A stretch of 63,991 bases of DNA, the filler included, from Octopus bimaculoides (Eukaryota), in assembly GCF_001194135.2 (NCBI RefSeq). It is 4 parts of 4 records of this genome, joined end to end, with 100 filler letters (N's around TTAATTAATTAA, not from the genome) between each part and the next. Parts side by side here need not be neighbours in the genome. Positions count along the whole stretch, not along the records: positions 59,399 to 63,991 come from NC_069003.1; 3 more parts are not named here. The stretch is one strand, 5' to 3'. The notes below the pieces were generated by a model. The model made no database searches. It was not told where the DNA came from and saw only the letters and a list, made by a program, of their open reading frames with translations. Positions 62,216 to 63,991 of the stretch are shown here, one piece after another (within the stretch, counting starts at the first letter, position 1; the number at the start of each line of letters is the position of its first letter). A program made the position numbers and the translations under genes.

Positions 62216-62961
62216 AACCGGAGAATAAATATTATCACGGTACATTATTCTCCGAGTATTAAAATCATGCCTGCAAGGTAACAGTTTTGGTATCATGCAG
62301 TGTTAAGGAAGTGGAACTGGTTTTCTTTGAAGTGGAATGGCAACAGATTCAAGAGACGGTTTATCTTTTTATGCATTATCTTTAAATCTTCATTTTTCTA
62401 TTTTCCTAAATTTCCAAACACGTTTGTGTTAAAGATCGAATGAATATGCAGGTTTTTATTCTGTATTTTTTTTTTATTTCCTTTAATTTGTCTCCGGAGT
62501 TTTCCTCGCGTTTCTCTTTGTAATTTTTTGTTCCTCTTTTGTCAGAGGAATACTAAAAATAGTATTTGGTGCGGAGAAACTAAAGCCGACACAGCAGTAC
62601 TGTGACTCTGGTCAGCCGAGGGTGAACATGGATACAGTGATTGTTTAGCCACATTGATACAAAATTGCGTATAATTTATCGAACACTCAGCAATTAACAA
62701 CTGATAATTAAGCGTTGTAGAATTCCTAATGAAACCTGTTCAATCCATCTCGAATTAAAATTTGTATATATATGTGTGTGCGCGCGTATTTATATGTATA
62801 TATGTAGATATATGTATACATATATATACATATATACACATATATGCATATATATATATATATATTCAAATATACAGACATATACAAATATATATATACA
62901 TATGAATATATATATGTATATATATTTATATATACATATATATGTATCCTTGTCTCCGTAT

Positions 62962-62998
62962 TCTTTCTGTTGAAGAGCGTAGCTCGAAACGTCAAAGA
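62962..62998 (+). ncRNA. Minimal type I hammerhead-like motif with one core substitution (Penelope-like terminal sequence)
   Basis: TCTTT-CTGTTGA-A-GAGC[GTA]GCTC-GAAAC-GTC-AAAGA: perfect 5-bp stem I, 4-bp stem II, GUC triplet. Core reads CUGUUGA (A6 to U). Confidence 0.6.
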
Positions 62999-63088
62999 CT
63001 TTCCGTATTCCCGAGCGTCATACTAATATATACTTTTGTTATTTACACCACCTGTCCTCGTCTGTTGTTATTATTTGTATATTCTCCC

Positions 63089-63145
<57 letters not shown>

Positions 63146-63617
63146 TGCTTACACACACACACTCACACACACTTTTACATACATATATTATCACCTTACT
63201 GTCCTACTTGGCTGCAATCTAGACCATTTACTCTCAATATTTGTCTGTTTCATTATGTATTTATTATTCACCACTAAATGCGACATGCGTAAGCCGTAAC
63301 TAATCCATCCATCAACCATCGTAACATGTGAACAAGTCGATGTCTGTGTATGTGACTCACTTAAATTGTGTCTGAGCTGATAACTTAATTGAAGCTGACA
63401 TGTGAAGCTGGTTGGCTGCGATATAATTTATTATCGCGTGCCGCTACTAATGGCGATGGATTTTGCAGAATTGACAAAAGTCGCTGGCAATATACATTGC
63501 GGTATAGCTTTACTTTCCACGTTCAAATCCCCACGAGGTTAATGGTGCCTTTTAACATTCTGGGTTCGCTAAAATAAAATACCAGTTTGGATCGATATGA
63601 TATCATAAGAGTATTTC

Positions 63618-63991
63618 AAGGCGGCTTGCTGGCAGAATCATTAGCACCCCGGACGAAATGCTTAGCGGTTACGTTCTGAGTTCAAATTCCGCCGAGGTCG
63701 ACTTTGCCTTTCATCCTTTCGGGGTCGATAAATTAAGTACCAGTTACGCACTGGGGTCGATGTAATCGACCTAATCAGAAAAAAAGGCGGCGAGCTGTCA
63801 GAATCGTTAGCACGCCGGGCGAAATGCTTAGCGGTATTTTGTCAGCCGCTACGCTCTGAGTTCAAATTCCGCCGAGGTCGACTTAGCCTTTCATCCTTTC
63901 GGGGTCGATTAAATAAGTACCAGTTACGCACTGAAGTCGATGTAATCGACCTAATCCCTTTGTCTGTCCTTGTTTGCCCCCTCTATGTTTA
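63618..63991 (+). mobile_element. Two tandem SINE family B copies (63618-63775, 63785-end)
   Basis: AGGCGGCGAGCTG head and GAGTTCAAATTCC B box in both. Other partials at ~18400-18453, 25975-26030, 38325-38470, 46440-46570 and 49440-49540. Confidence 0.9.

Noticed and set aside
56615-63991. Search for Sans exon 1 (first ankyrin repeat, MTPTLWAA-like)
   Set aside because: No matching frame found by eye. It may lie in a gap or beyond the window.

Overview
AT-rich, microsatellite-dense eukaryotic genomic DNA from a gapped draft scaffold. The repeat repertoire (several tRNA-derived SINE families, RTE/CR1/Tx1/Dong LINE remnants, mariner and hAT relics) looks like an octopus/coleoid cephalopod (inference, not verified). 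One host gene is supported: a minus-strand Sans/USH1G(ANKS4B)-family gene. It has an ankyrin exon at 56393-56614 and a last exon at 54060-55063 (myosin-VII-binding-like motif, SAM domain, C-terminal PDZ-binding motif DTQI). Its first coding exon was not found and an N-gap interrupts the last exon. Almost all other ORFs in the supplied track are microsatellite, N-run or decayed-TE artefacts. The most interesting non-genic signals are: (1) minimal type I hammerhead-ribozyme motifs, one inside a tRNA-headed SINE-like element (26782-26827, minus) and a second, unrelated one at 62962-62998; (2) an 857-bp palindromic GG...CC / 8-bp-TSD MITE carrying head-to-head (TTAGGG)n/(CCCTAA)n telomeric repeats (8527-9383), with three more relatives in the window; (3) an unexplained ~100-nt multibranch stem-loop cluster at 5149-5246. 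No tools were run. Coordinates of degenerate repeats are approximate.
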